DNA from: Orbicella franksi
Taxonomy: Eukaryota
Assembly (NCBI GenBank): GCA_964199315.1
Contig: OZ116702.1
Location: forward strand, 5,332,001-5,396,000
Direction of reading: 5' to 3'
DNA: 64,000 nucleotides
Part shown: positions 14,161 through 28,679 of the stretch, one piece after another
How the letters are laid out: every line of letters starts with the position of its first letter
Numbering within the stretch: position 1 is the first letter of the stretch
Translations under genes and position numbers: made by a program
The notes under the pieces: generated by a model
What the model was told of the DNA's origin: nothing
Seen by the model: only the letters and a program-made list of their open reading frames with translations
Databases searched by the model: none

Positions 14161-15899
14161 TAAACATTTTGTGTCACTCTAAGGGGTAATTAAAGACAAC
14201 TTACTACGACCAGTCCGCAGCCAAGCAAGGCAAGGTGCCCTCCTCAAGATTTCCAAAATAACTTGATTCAATCGTCAGAAACATTTAAAAGAGCTGTTTT
14301 GATTTGGATTAAGCAGAAATTTCCAAAAAGAAAGTTAGTTACTGGAACCATACTCACCGACCCGTCCCTTGAGAAGAAATTCCATATATGGATTTGTATA
14401 GAGAGGCCAGGCTACTGAGCTTTTTGGACAAAAAGTACGTGACTGTGGCATAATCTTTGATTGCTGGAAAGGAAATATTTAGCACTGTGCTCGCACATAT
14501 CTATTTCGCGTAATTTTTGACGAAACGGAAGAGATGACCGAGTTTGAAAAATTTAGATGTTGGGATCTGAAGAATATGAAAGAATTTCGTGTTGTTATTC
14601 CCAGGGCAGCAAGCGATTGGACTGGGTACAAGACAATGCGCCTTTGGCGAAACTCGGATCTCCCCTTCTCGCAGGTAATGAATTTGTTCGATGAAACTTA
14701 TTTGTCATTTTTTTTAGCAAGACTTAAGGCTAGTTTTAAGTTTTTTTTTATTATTTTTAAGAAAGGCTACTAGGGCAATAACCCGACAAGAGACCTTCAA
14801 TAAGAGAAGTCACGGCATCCTGCATGCTGATAAGACATAAAATTTCTTCAGAACTTTCTTTCGCTGCTTTTTTTTCATATTTCAACAGTTTTCGCATGGT
14901 CCGGATTTGTATCCTGGGTGATTCAATTATCCAAGATGGTTTTAATTTTAGGGGAACGCATATGCTTGGTGAGGAAAAGACATTCATCGTAAGCGGGCAT
15001 GTGTAAAAAATTTTCGCGATCGCGTCGATCGATGGACAAGTCTTGGTACGTGTCTGTAGTGCGTGACTACAACATCTTACGGGGGTAGGGGTGGGAAGTG
15101 TTTTGTACACAGTAAAAGCCATAGTAGGTCGTAATTTTGCTTGATGTTTGACTGTGCATGACTTACCATGCAGATATCTGTTAGCTGGCTGTTAAGAAAA
15201 GTGTGTTACATGATCTTTCAAGACATAGTAGCTTACTTGGGGAATTTTGGCCAAATTCCAAGAGTCTGGCTGTGTCAAATTTGTTTCATGCCCTTTCAGG
15301 GTAGACTTAGACTCGCGGAAAAGTTATTAGTCTCACTGACTTACAAAGTCTCAAAATTACTATTTGATACCACTCCAAATTATAGATTTTGTAAATACAA
15401 AAAAGTATATAATTTTCATAGGACTCCAGGAAATCTGTCCAACCTGTTTTATCAAGATGAGTCTGTAAGCAGTTTCTCAAACTAAACACACATGCTTGGA
15501 TAAAAGTAATTCACACCTTTGAAATTATATCAATAATAACCTCAATATTTGTGAAAAATATGCTGGTTTAAAATTATGTTGCTTTGAATTTAATTGAATA
15601 TAAACACCGAAACATACCAAGACAAAAAGTGGAGTTGTTGAGTACAAAATTAAAATGAGGGTCAATGCAAAGTTGTGCCCCAGCGCTTAGTTCTTGACAC
15701 TGTACTCACATGTATGCATAGACCTTGCCACAATGCGAGCTTTGTTTCTGATCATTCCCAGACTTCCTCATACCCGGCATGATTAAGTGAATATTTTTGA
15801 CATACCATAGGTATTAATTTCACCAATTCACTGATCAGGGATGTGTTAACAGATTACAGTCTTTCCTTCATAATACATGTACCTATTTTCAAGTTCCAA

Positions 15900-16850
15900 T
15901 TAAATGCAATTTGTGCCAAGGATTTGCCTGCAGTTTGTGTAAATTATAAAGTGGCAGGCAAGATGCAGCCCTATCCAGTCAGTCTTTAAAAATGAATTCA
16001 ACTTCTCGTTCTGGTGAAGTTTTTGAAGAAAGTTTTCGCTTTGTTTGATGTGAGTAACTCTCGGTTTAAAGTAGCAACCTTGAGCTTGCCATATAAGTGT
16101 TAATTAAATAGTTCCTCTTTTGATCGAGGTATGTCATTAATTTCTACTGAAGGGCAGTAGATTTTCATTTTATCTAGGAAGTATTCAGACATGTATATAT
16201 ATTTTTAAGATTTATATATAAGTATCTTCTCCCACGAAAACAGAGAGAATGTTTGGTTAGGAATTGAGACACGTTACAGCATAGCATACTCCTTGCTGAG
16301 CTACTTCCGGTTTGTAGGTCAACTATGCAAACCATGAAAAACAAGAACTGTACTTTGGTGCCAAAATAAAACCACTTGCTGATGAGCGTTTGACACCGAG
16401 TGACAATTAATATCATAATCACCCTGGTTCTTTAATATCGCTTTTGAAAAAGACAATATCAGCTTAGCACTGAATTACGCAAGCTTTGTACCAGGAAAAT
16501 TCATCGAACGAACTCAATATCCGTTATTTTATCGTTCGATGCTCGATTCTCGACTTGTGGAAGGTGTGATACTAAGTATAAACAGCGCTTTAAATGTAAA
16601 TTCTTAATAAAATAGTTGTTTTCTTCGATCTCTCTTTTCTGAGGTTGTGAATTCACTGATCGAAGTCCGTTCCAGCTTCGTTTATCGTTGCGAGAGCACA
16701 ATTCTCCTAATTTTCCCATGAATCGTTTTCATATCAGCTACTACGTAATCCTTAATTTCTTCGAATTTACGCTTTCTCCTTTTCTTTTTCTTCCAGATTT
16801 CATGACGATGAAGAATTTCGCGCCGTGCGCGATATCGCTCGCGAAGGAGG
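15900..16850 (-). pseudogene. Possible decayed protein-coding relic upstream of, and divergent from, KANSL1 (identity unknown)
   Basis: Chained protein-like segments interrupted by stops and frameshifts (MKSGRKRKGESVNSKKLRIT; HQQVVLFWHQSTVLVFHGLHS; SEYFLDKMKIYCPSVEINDIPRSKEELFN*HLYGKLKV; LHQNEKLNSFLKTDWIGLHLACHF). No family recognised. Confidence 0.25.
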
Positions 16851-17509
16851 TGTGTTCGAAACACGCACAGGAAATCCTATTCTTCACTTTTCTCTGATGA
16901 GACAATCAATTCTCCTTGGTTGGCTTTGTCTGATGATGGCGCTCATTGTTTTATCGACCAATCACACAATTCATCGTATAGGGTGGTCTTAGCATTGATG
17001 CAATCGCCTAGAGCATGTGATATTTGCACGAGGGTTTTGCTGATACAAGAAGCTCGGAGTGGATTCTTACGCCGCCATTTTGATTAGCGGGAAAGGAATT
17101 TCAACTCGCTTCTAGGGTGGTCTGTTTGGAGGTGAAACGGACTGCAATATCATCCTGAAGGTTTCAAATACTCCCATCCTGACTCTTTGGTGTTCTGGTG
17201 TGGTTTCGACGAGAGTCAGCGCGGAAAATAGAAGACGAAAATTTGGTGTTTTTTGCATATATCAAGTTTGGTGTGTTCTTTTGCGAGATTAGAACACGCA
17301 CCACCAAGACGTGGCGGTCACGTGCTCGTCGCGCTAAAAAAACGTTTTCTCTACTCCCCTTGAATGGACTTTAGAAACTTTAAATTTTGAGGTGAACTTA
17401 GTCTTGTGCTTAATATTTTGGCCATAATTCCCTGTTGTAAGCAGCCGCGAAAATGCTTTCAACGGGGCCTCGTTGCCATCGGCAGTCATTGTGAAGTGAA
17501 GTATGGTAG

Positions 17510-20500
17510 ATGGCTCAAATGGCTCCCGCACTGACCGAGGCGACCGCGTCTCCAGAGTCCTCGAGGAAGAATTCTGTGGATCGTCACTATTCATCAACGG
17601 TACAAGGGGAACTTAAGCAAGAGAATACTGGTCGAGCACTGGACTTAAAGCTGGTTTCTCCGAACGGACTTGTACGATTGATAAGTGACAATAACATTGC
17701 AGACATTACAAATACTATCAAGCCTTCGGAGCAGAACACACCCATAGTTTCAAGACTCACCGGAGATTTGAGAGGGAAAAGTGAGATGCCAAACGGACAT
17801 TGTGATGAAAAACTGCAAGAGAGTGCCGCAGATATGTCAAGTAATTCCGCTGCTACAGAGGAAAAGCGAAATTCGTGCCTTGATCTTCCGCGAAAGACAT
17901 GTGCTTCAACGGCGAAGACTTCGGCTGGTACATGCAATACTGTTTGTGAAAATGAAGAGAAGAGTCGAGTTTCGGAGCATCCGGTAGCTAACTTAGAATT
18001 TGGGAAGGCCTTAATTCCTCAAAGGACTACACAGGCTTTTCGACGGCAAGGAAAACTGGATGGCCGAGCGAGACGAATCGAAACGCGCCTTCGCAAACTT
18101 CAAGCGCGGCAACTGAGTGACCATGTGCTTCAACAATTGGAAAATTTGGCGGAAAAGCGTGGTGAATCTCGCGATTCCTCCTCCGCTAATTTCGAACCAG
18201 TTGGAAATTCAGGGGTCGGGATTATTCCCGAAACTAAAAGCGCGTCGAATATTTCAACGGGAATAAAAGCAGATCGAGTTGACATCAAAGCTGTGCCTGG
18301 AAATCTTGCAAGCCGGGCGAAAAACAACAACGCAACGAGTGTCGACAGCGTATTGAAAGAACTGGAGCGTATTTCAGCTGAATCTTACAACTCCGAAGGG
18401 AGCATCTTGACTGATTTAAAACAAAATTTCGATGCTGTAAATTCAGTGGAAAGCTGGAGTTCGCAAGTTGAATTTCTGGAGAGCATTGATGATTCAGATG
18501 CCACCGAAGCGAGTTCCGGAGAAGAAAGCGACGAAGAAGGTGAATCGAAAAAAACGAAACTACGGAGCAAACGGTGAGTACAATTTTATTATCTTGTCGA
18601 AAGTATGTATGATCGCCTTTGGAAGCGAAAAAGAAATATCTTTTCGCATCTTGCTTATTATCAAGAAAAAGCGTGGGAGCGGAACTGTGCCGCGAAATTT
18701 ATCCGCAGCGAGACTTTTCCAAATTCATTTAATGGAGGATTATGGATTTCTGCCTGTTTTTGAACTTTTCTCAGGTTATATTCAACTTCTAAGGTTAACG
18801 GGAGACTTTTTTCAGGTAAAAGTCGAGTTCTGTTCGAAATCTGTAAGCAATGTGGATGACATTTTAAATTTCCCTCGCACGAAATTTACAACAACGAAAT
18901 AACGCGATCTGAAGCGGGAAATAGCTACCATTTTCATCTTCATTCCCCTTTTCAATGAAAACACTCAAATTATTACCGCAAACTGAGCGATCACAAGCTT
19001 TTGAAGCAATGTTTCGCTGTTTTTCTATGTTGGGAATTTTAATGCTCTTGGGCGATTCGTTTGCCTATCGTATTTTCCTGACATTGCATTCCAATTTCTC
19101 TGTTTTGGTCTGACATCAAGGCCTTCGCAAAACTTCATATTGACCAGTGACTTAGGCTAATTCGCGATAAATGTTGAGGAGTGCACGTTTAAATGTGCCT
19201 TTAGATGTTGTTTCTCGGTTGTATTTTGTTTATTTTCCATCTTCTGTCCTGTTTTAAGAAAATTTGCATATTATGTCGTCGATGCTATATAAGGAAATTT
19301 TTAATTTTTCAGAATGGCTTTTTCCCAATCCTAATTTTATTTGAGATGTATTCCAAATTTACAGTTCTATGTTTACAACTGATTTTGTGAATTTTCAGGA
19401 AGCTGTAGTATCACGCTATCTTTTTTGTTTTCTACTACAGAAGATAAATTTTTTGTTTTCTAGTTTGTACTTGTTTTGAATGAATTATTCTCATCAGGGC
19501 TTTTCTTTGTACCTGGTAAATATTTGAAATCTTGGTGTATACGACAGAAAAATAAATTATTTATATATTTACATTTTTGATGACCAGCAAGTATAACCTT
19601 ATAAAATTGTCAATGCAAATATTTCTCAGTAGGTTTGTGTAAATCATTCACTTGTCTGGATTCAAATCAGCACCTTTGCATGCCTTTTGTTTGTAAACAT
19701 GTTATAGGATTTTTCACTTAAATCTCAAGATCGTATGCAAGGGTACATGTACACTATATAAACCCTGCCAGTTGATTGTAAGAATGGTGTTCTTCTCAAG
19801 CATCATTCACACACTAAAATTGTTTTTAAAATGTACTTGTTATTGCACCTATAGTAGATGTTGTTCTAGCAAGTTCTTATCATATAACAGTATTTGCGTA
19901 TGTGAATGTTGCATTATTTTTAAGTTAACATCGCTATGGTGTGTGTTAGTGTAAAGTCAGATAATTTGCTTCGTTTCATTATTGTTTCATATTGAGTCAC
20001 TTAAACTATTAATTGACATGCTAAGTTAAGTGAATAGTGAAAGATGTTCTGAGATCTTGGAATTATCACATTTTATTTTCAGTTGTATCCTGTGCCATAA
20101 TAGTTAAATTAAATCATGAGTGAGGCCTGCAAGAGAGATTTCTTGTTGAGAAACTTTGACATTCCTGTTTACTTTGTAAAATTATATGGTATTGCTATAT
20201 CGATTCAACAATGTTGTTATGCAATCATGCAGATTTGAAATTTGAGTACCTACTTTTCACTGTTGTATCTTAAGACAATGGCATAGTAGCTATTCTCTTT
20301 ATGTGTAACTTACAAAGGAGGTTAATGAAGATGGGCTTTAAATTAAGAATGGCTTAAATGCATTTGTATTTGAGAACATTCTCAGTATTAGCCTCCACTT
20401 CAAACTATTGTTGTTCAACTTGAACAACGACGATATTTTGTGGTAAACCATTGATATTTAGTTAATTGTATTGTTGCAAACAGGGCGAAGATTTTCAGGA

Positions 20501-23500
20501 GGCAGTATCGCCTGGAAGAAGGCATAATAGCTTCCCATTGGTCGTGGCTCCAGTCTCAGATCATAAACGTTGAAAGACAGATCAGGCGATATGATGATCT
20601 TTACAAAGGAGGAAGGTTGAGGAAAGGAACAGTAAAACTTCAAGCTTGTTCCTCAAATGCTAACTTAGCACGAGGCAGCAACGACATTGATGGTAATGGA
20701 ATTATAAAGGGCATTAAGAACAATGCTGTGTCAGTGTCTGCTTTAGACATTGCCAAGTCTAAACACTATGTTGATCACAGTAAGAAGGATTCATCAAAGG
20801 AGTCTGATAACCATGTACCAAATGGAGTCAAGCGTAACCTCCTTGATAGTTCCTTGTTGAATGATGAGGATGTTCCACTCAAGCGGTATCGAACAGTCCT
20901 TCCAAATGATTCTACAGACAGCAAGCTCTGTGGCTCTTTGCCATCCACTTCAAACGATGTGTTTCCTCAATGTGCAAGAACTAGAGGAGTTTATACAGTC
21001 AGGAAGCGGCGTTTAGTACACTTATCGCACATTCGACATAAGCCCAAACCTCATTCATTGTACTGTGGCTGTGTAACTCCTTCCACACCTTGTTTGATTT
21101 GTTCTAATTCGTCAAGGACATTACCGGTGGTTAGTTCCAGTCAGACGACAGCAGAGAAGGTGGCGTCCCTGGATGGTTCATTCCATCCTGTGCTTTCTTT
21201 TTGTACAGGTAAAGGCAGAAACATTTAGCCAGAATAGAACCGTTTATTCTGAGGGAAAGGTTAGAACTTTCATATGATCTGCTGCAAAACGTTTTATTAA
21301 CTGGGAGTAGCATGTTGGTGTTATTTTGGAGACTTTCATTCCCAAACTACAACACAGCTGGTGTCATTCTTTCAAAGTGTGAAAACATTCTGTGTCATAC
21401 TTGAGACCAAAGTGTCAATTCTTATGAGATGTCATGGACAATTTGTCTTAAGCAATTGAAATGCGCTGGTGTGTGACACAATCTTGTTGAATTTCTCAAT
21501 ATAGTTTTAGTTTTCCAATTTTTTTTTTATTGTTGTTATTATTCAAAACATGAGCAGAACATGTCTCTCTGACTTAACTCCAAATTGCCCTGTTCTTAAC
21601 TTTTGTATTTCTATGCCCCTTTAAATGTGAGTACTGCTAAGGATGGGGAAGTTCAGTTGTACAAATGCAAATGGGAGCCACAACTGAGATTTCCACCATA
21701 GGTGACAATATAAGACCAAGGCTTTGGTGCATCTGCATTCTAAAGGCAGCTTTGGCCTATACTGCCTTGTATGAGTTATTTTGGCCAAAGCCATTGTCCC
21801 AAAAATTTGATTGAAAATCTAAATTATGTAGTAGACATAACATTGCAACACACCCAATGAAAATTGAAATGTGAAGCAATTACATTTTTTAAGCTCACTA
21901 CAATTGATTGACAATTTTATCACCAATGGGCCTGTTGAAGATTTTCCTGTGTAGACATGTTATACACATGAAACAATAAGGTCGCCATTTTGATGGTCAA
22001 CTGATGACTAGAATTTGATAGTGCTTTTTGGTTATCAAATTATGTTCGTCTCAATTTTGTTCCAAGCATGACACAGGCCTTAGGAGATTCATGATACCAA
22101 CACCAAACCTTCATCAAAACAGGAGCAAGTCTATTATAGCAAACTAACATCAAAGAGCAAGCCTTAGATATAGCTGATAATTTGATTCATTTGTAGCGAG
22201 ACAGACCGGGGCTGCGTTCAGGCTTGTAACCATAAATGCCATTATCAAAATCAGATGACTGCAAACCTTAGTGCTCTATTTCCTCAAGGGAATAAAAAAG
22301 CTGAATAATCAGTGAACTGAATTGTGACTGATGTGTCCTCTGGTGTGCTTTTAGACATTCCTCTCCAGTTGCATTTTGGTGCATTGTTGAAAAGGGGTGG
22401 CTTTGAGAAGAGGACCAAACCACAAGCATTGAGAACTACATCACAGATAGTAGAGAAGAAGTAAGTCAATTATCCTTGGTGACCGTCATTTTTGTTTTTT
22501 CTCATTATTCAACAGACAGTCTATTCTTAAGCAATTGTGGAAACCACGGTCAGTTTTGTTGGGTATGGAAAAATTGTTGCAGGTATCAGACTGCGAAAAT
22601 GCAGTTATAAGTATACTGAGCAGTGACTTGACTATGAGTGAACTACAAAAAATTGCAATTTTATGACTCATGGCCAGTTAAAACAATTTTAAAGCCCTCT
22701 TTTCTGCTGCAGACTATGTAAGACCTGTAGTGATAAATATGAGTCGGTAGCAAATGCTAATTGTTACCAGCATAATTAATGTAAACCTGGGGTTTTTGTC
22801 ACAAAATGAAACACTGTAATGCTTGTTTTTCCTTTCTTTAATTGATATCTGTAACTGCTCCCAGTTTGCTTTAAAGTCTTGAAAGCAAAGTTGTGCTAGC
22901 TATATCATGGACAGATGGGTCAGTGTGGAGGTTGCTAATTAATTCTTCTACCCTTGAATAGCATGGAAACCGGCCATTTAAGTTTAGCATAAAAGGTGGC
23001 CATGTCATCGCTAAGAATAGCAAATGAAATAAGACAGTGTTATTGAAATGTAGATTTGTTCAATCAGCTGTCACAGCTGAAGTTGAGACTGGAGGTAGTT
23101 TGGGGCACTGCTTAGTTTAATACCTGTCACTTTTTAACCAGTAGTCATTATAAGTATTAAAATGTGTGTATCACATCAAAGACAGACAGGTTGAACTATT
23201 AATTTAGTGTTTTTATTGACTTCTTGATGCTGTAAATTTGTTATGCTAATTTTGAACTTCATAATGTAAATTAGTTTTCCTGAATGGAACGTCTGCATGG
23301 TGTTGTTTTGCGAAAGATTTATTTCTACTAGTCAAAACTCTGAAAGGATTGCTGTCAAAATGAGAGAAAAACCTTAGTTTGCTTGTATTTTTTTTGTTAG
23401 GCTAACTATGTACAGATTTAGTTTAATGTTCGTATTTTGTAATTTATAAGGAAACCGCCTGTGGTGACCAAGACAGGAAAAAAACGTGGACAGCTGGCCA

Positions 23501-26500
23501 AGGGTGCTGCAGCTTCTCTTTTGTCCTCTGCTAGTAAGTAATTTAAGGCCAATTAATTATGTTATCGGTGTTTCCTGAGATGTCTCATATTGAAAAAGAT
23601 TTTAATTTCCATGTTGATAACCTGATCAACTGTCTTGAACAGTTTTCTGATTTCCTCGAGTGTTTTGAGTGTCAAAAGCTACATGTTATGATAGTGTCAA
23701 GTTTTTACAGCAAGGTATTTGAGGTCTAGGGTTTACAAAGCCATAAAAGAGAGGCATTGAAGCTCACATCACTTTCATCTTGTGGTGTTTTTATTACAGT
23801 CAAAACAGCTGAGAGCATTCTGGCCAAATAGTGGCTGCTGCTTAATCCAGTATTGCTTAGATTTTTAAATCAAAGATTCTTAACTGAAACTGCATAAGGC
23901 AATCATTGAACATAGAGAGGCTTCTGCAAATCCAATAAAATTGCATTTTTTTTTTGTTTCTGTGATTTTCTCACCTTTTCATTTCAAGGTAGATTAGTGG
24001 GAAACCTGGGGGGAGGAAATTTGCATGTGTGACAAGTATATCAAACTGCGGGAATGGTGTTTGTTTGCTTGGGGGGAAAATGTATGACACAATTTTTTTT
24101 AACTTTCCAGAGTATGAATTTTAGTCAAATTTCCTATAAGGAAACAAACTCCTATGAAGAAGTGTTCCATGTACTCAGCTGCTCAGTTTCCAGGTTCGGT
24201 AAATGGTAATTGCCAAGTCTTCTGATTTTTTTTTTTAAATTTTATTTTAGAACTCCACAATCAGAAGTATGAGAGAAAGCGAGGTTATTCTGTCTCTACT
24301 CCAAAAAATGCATCTAGAGGAACAGAAAACAAGATAAGTCAATCAGATGGGCCAAGGAAGAAGCGAGCGGCAGCAATAAGTGCTGGTAAGAAAGTAAACT
24401 CATCCATGTTGTTGTGGTTGTTGTTTTTACATTAAAGGGAATCTTGACTGAAAAGCGTTTAAGCTTCCAAAGTGCACCTAATGGTTCTCTTTAACTCATC
24501 CCATCCAGGGCTTTAAGTTAATTTCTCCGTAATTGTTTTGAATCCAAAATGTTTAGTGTTCAGTTAAATCACCTGAGGGTTGCCATGTTTACTTTGTGGT
24601 AAATTATGACGTCATTGCACTGTGAAAGTTCTCAATGTGGAGTCCACAGAAGAAGATAATTTCTCATTAGGAGGACTTCTGTATATCTAGATTCCTGCAA
24701 TGCTGTATTTTAAGAATGTCAATCCATGCAATAGTTTACAGTAACTGCAGAATTTCTCGTGCACTCATTGGCTAATTTTCATTGTCAATAGGCGGACAGA
24801 CACATGAATTTATAATTTATGCAAGTGTCAACAAGCGAGAGCAGGCAATTTAACAATTTGTGATCGTAAAAAAGAATTCACGTCAGTTTTTTATGCGTCT
24901 GTCCTGTTATTGACAATGAATTTCGTCATAACTTTGTCAAAGTAGTCTGCGGATCCATCCAGCTATCACCCTGTGGATCCACAGCCACTTTGACAATGTT
25001 ATGACAAAATTCATGATCAACAACAGGACAGATGAATGAAAAACTGGTGTCAATTTGTTCAATGTCATAATTTCCCATCAGGCTAAGCAAAGATAAACAT
25101 GGCAATGCCTGGGAGATTTGAAACTCTAAAATACCAGAAGCAAAACAACCGGCATTCCAAACAGGCAAAGATTTATCAACTACAAATTGAGGAAATAAAT
25201 TAACATGAACACCAACTTTTGATTTGAAACAAAACTGTTTTTAAGCCAAAATTTCCTTTAATGTGATTGTGTATAACAGCAGGCTGTGTTATATTTGGCG
25301 TATTTTTATCATTTGATAAATGGCATGTTGCTTGTTCCATAGACCCTGAATTTTTTTTTCTCTGGGTGCTCTATAAACTAAGTTGCTCTTAGTTTTCTGA
25401 AAACCACTGGTAGGCACGTAGAAGCAAAGGATTCTGTTGATGGTTTGCTGTGTACCAAAACTGCTTCATGGTATCATAATCCTAATGTTTGTCTAAAATA
25501 TATTTTTTGATGCTTTACCAGCTGCCCAGCTTCAGAAGCGTGCACGCAGTTTGTCGCTTCCAACTGTGGTGTCATCACCTTCCACTCCAACATCTGCTCC
25601 CAGTCCTACCCCAGGTTTTACGCAGTCTATGCCACCATCCACCCTTAATTCCTTGTTGAAGAAGAAGAAAGGGAACAATGCATTTGACATCAACAACATT
25701 GTGATTCCATACTCAATGGCCTCTGCCACAAGAGTTGAAAAACTGCAGTACAAGGAGATCCCAACTCCAAGCTGGCGAGTGAATGATGTAGCTGATGATG
25801 ATGAAACTAAGATGGAGGTATGCTTGACTTGCTTTGATAACAAGGGTCCAACACACCAAGGAAATGTCTCATAGTTAATGTTGGCTTCCTTGTGCTCTTC
25901 TCTCTGCTACTAACAAGATTATGATCAGGCAATACCCAGTGTGTAAAGACAATCATGTCAGATAGCTGGTGGGACTAGTTGATTTGGTCCTTCCCTTCTT
26001 GCCTGATGCACAAGTGAAGCTTTTTGAGGCAGAAATTACGCAAAATTAAAGGATCTCAGTCACAGTAGTTTGAGTTATTTTATTATAGTTATTTTTTATT
26101 TTATTTTGGCCATGTACAAAATGATCGTTAATTGAAGGAAACCTGAAAATAGCAGTTAAGTAAGAAAGAAAAACACTAAAGTGATAATAAAAAACCATAA
26201 GGAAACAAGGATAGTCAAGGATGGTCAAGGATGGAGAAGGTTAACATGCATTGCAAATGACAAACTTGCAAATGCTAAACTATTCAAGACATGTAAACCG
26301 TGATGTAGTAGAGGAAGAAGAAGGGCTAAGCCCGATTACCAGCGAATATTTGACACTTTTAAGAGCAGTTTGAGCCTTATATCTAATTTAAACCGTGATG
26401 TAGCTTGTTTAAAAACACACTAGTATTGTGAGAGGTCAATTTTTTTTTTTTAATGTAATTTTTTTTCTCGGGTTAGTGAAAATGACCGTCAGGCTAGCAA

Positions 26501-27742
26501 ATCCTGGTTAAAACTTCCTCTTTGGCAAGCTCAAAAACTGATTTTGTGTGCACCCTGATATCCCTAATTTCCGTGATCATTGCTCGCCATTGATTGACCT
26601 TACACTGATCTTTACAAGTTGTATGAAATACAAAACAGAAAAATATCTTCAAGCTTCACTTATTCATGCAAGCACCCCCTGAGTTATAGTTAAGGAATTT
26701 TCCAATGTGCCACAAGGTATTGATGTACATGTAAAAAGATGTAAACAGAAACGGGAAGATGGGAAAACACCCAGAGAGTATTTCCGGTTGAAACAAAAAA
26801 GTGTGTGGTCTTTGAAATACCGGATTCTTTCTATAAACGCAGCCTGAAATACTTAGCTCTTGTCAATGGTAGCCCACCTGTCACTTTGGTGATTTCAAAT
26901 TTTCTAAAAATTTTACTCCAAAACACGTGAGTGTTTTGTTTAATGCGTTGTAAAGCACATGTTTAAACAGTCTTTGTCTTGTTGGACAGGAGGACCAGAC
27001 TGAAAAGGACAGTGAGGAGGACACGTCAGACGAGGTGTACATCTCAAGACACGGATTCTGTGAGGAGCATGAACGCAAGCGATTCCTGGGACTGGTAAAA
27101 AAGAAGAGAAAGCGAACCTCGCGACAAAGCAGTGAAATGAGCCTTCCAGATCCACCATCTCCACTGGGTTATACGGACAGTCAAGGAGGCACCCCGCCTG
27201 GGACTCCTACGTGTAATACACCTTTGCCGACACCAACTGGGAACTCGGTACCAGCTACAATCTCTGTTCCTTCTGCTTTTCCTCCCCCTCCTTCAGCTTC
27301 TTTGTCCCCGTCTGGGACTCTCACACCCACCTCAGCAATGCCACCATCCATGGAGAGATTTCATCGCTCATTTTCAGACTCTAAACTTTTGCATCGAAGG
27401 TCGTCTTCAACTGACAGGTCAGAAAAATCAGTGAATGATGAGGAACTCTGGCCACCGGTACCTCCATGGCCAGAGAGGACATTTCCATTATCAGAATCGG
27501 ATGTCTCTTCACTCAAACTTCCTACTCCTCTGCCCACACCAGCTTCTTCTGTACCCGCTTCCCCTTCAGCGTCGTCACCTGGTAGCCCTATGTGTTCACC
27601 TTTAGCAAGTCCGGCCTCTGATGCAAGCAGCGAAAAGAATGAATGGACAGTCAAACTTGTTACGGACCAGGGACCAGGCTCAGGTGGCGACTCAGGAGGA
27701 GCGCCAAGAAAAGGAATTGTGTTAAAACTAGCAAAAAGATAA
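17510..27742 (+). CDS. KANSL1: KAT8 regulatory NSL complex subunit 1-like (about 1053 aa); exons 17510-18573, 20484-21208, 22355-22460, 23451-23533, 24251-24385, 25522-25817, 26990-27742
   Basis: N-terminus [10 protein letters not shown] (human MAAMAPALTD); [11 protein letters not shown] coiled-coil segment; WDR5-binding WIN-like CARTR...KRRLV; [14 protein letters not shown]; PEHE domain [12 protein letters not shown]...[12 protein letters not shown]...[22 protein letters not shown]. Exon phases sum to 3162 nt in frame. Confidence 0.92.
24727..25075 (+). repeat. Interspersed non-autonomous repeat (copies at about 34475-34712 and 36200-36515)
   Basis: Shared blocks ctcattggctaatt, ggacagacacatgaattt, gtggatccacagc.actttg, ggacagatg.atgaa..actg.tgtcaatttg. 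Confidence 0.65.
26048..26212 (-). repeat. Interspersed repeat, inverse copy of 36783-36918
   Basis: Reverse complement shares tttcaggtttccttcaatt, tggccaaaataa and tactgtgactgag with 36783-36918. Confidence 0.55.
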
Positions 27743-28679
27743 TAGGGAAAAATATGTAAAAGGTATTAACACATCGGTTGTCCAGGCAAACAGCTGCCTT
27801 CATATATCAAGAAAGGGCTTTGATAACACTTGTATATGATATATCTGGGTTAGTTATGGCGTTTTTACATGTGAGAAAAAAGTAGAAGCGTGCTTTTCGT
27901 TGTAGTGTTATTAGTAGGGTCATTTTGTGTTGCCCTTTCTTGATTGAGGACTAGTTTGTTGTCTGTGACTCCTGTTAGGAGTATGTTAGAAGTTCATGGC
28001 TTGATTTGAGATACCACCCAAAGTATTAATGATTGAAACAACCGAAAAAAAAAAGAACGAAATTTGTCCGAGTATAATGCATGTACTTTATACGTAAGCA
28101 TTCTTTCGTTGAGAGAGAATTTTTCTCACTAGTCATGTTTGTATATAGCCCGCATATTTCCGCTCGAGTAACACTTGTATTTTATGAGTTTTAAACATCG
28201 TGTACATTGACATAAACATAGATTTGTAGAGGTTTGGTTACGACAAAAATGGCAACTTTGTGAATAAACTGATTTATATTATACGCTGTTGTTGTGTTTC
28301 CTCATTTTGGCATTGGTGGAACACTTGGTGCTAATGAGTAGTTTCCTAACTTAGTTATGGGAGTTTACATTGCTCGGCCAGTAAAAGAATAATAAAGCAA
28401 AACATTGCTGAAACGATTCTAAACGGGATAGAAAGACCAGGAAACAAAAACCTACACAATATTATGGAAGATTGACTACAATCTTGTTCACCCGAGTATC
28501 CACTTTCTAAGCGGTGTCTCAAATTATTTCAATACTCTCAAGTTTTCACCTTGGCAGCTTTATCATTAATTATCATATCTTGGTCAATTTATTTATTTTA
28601 TATTTGAGTGATAAATGTCGCAGGAGGTGGAGAGCCTCAATAGACAAAGCATAACCTGTTTAGCAGGGTGAAGTCTCGT

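Noticed and set aside
17587-18570. Several minus-strand ORFs
   Set aside because: They are antisense shadows of KANSL1 exon 1.
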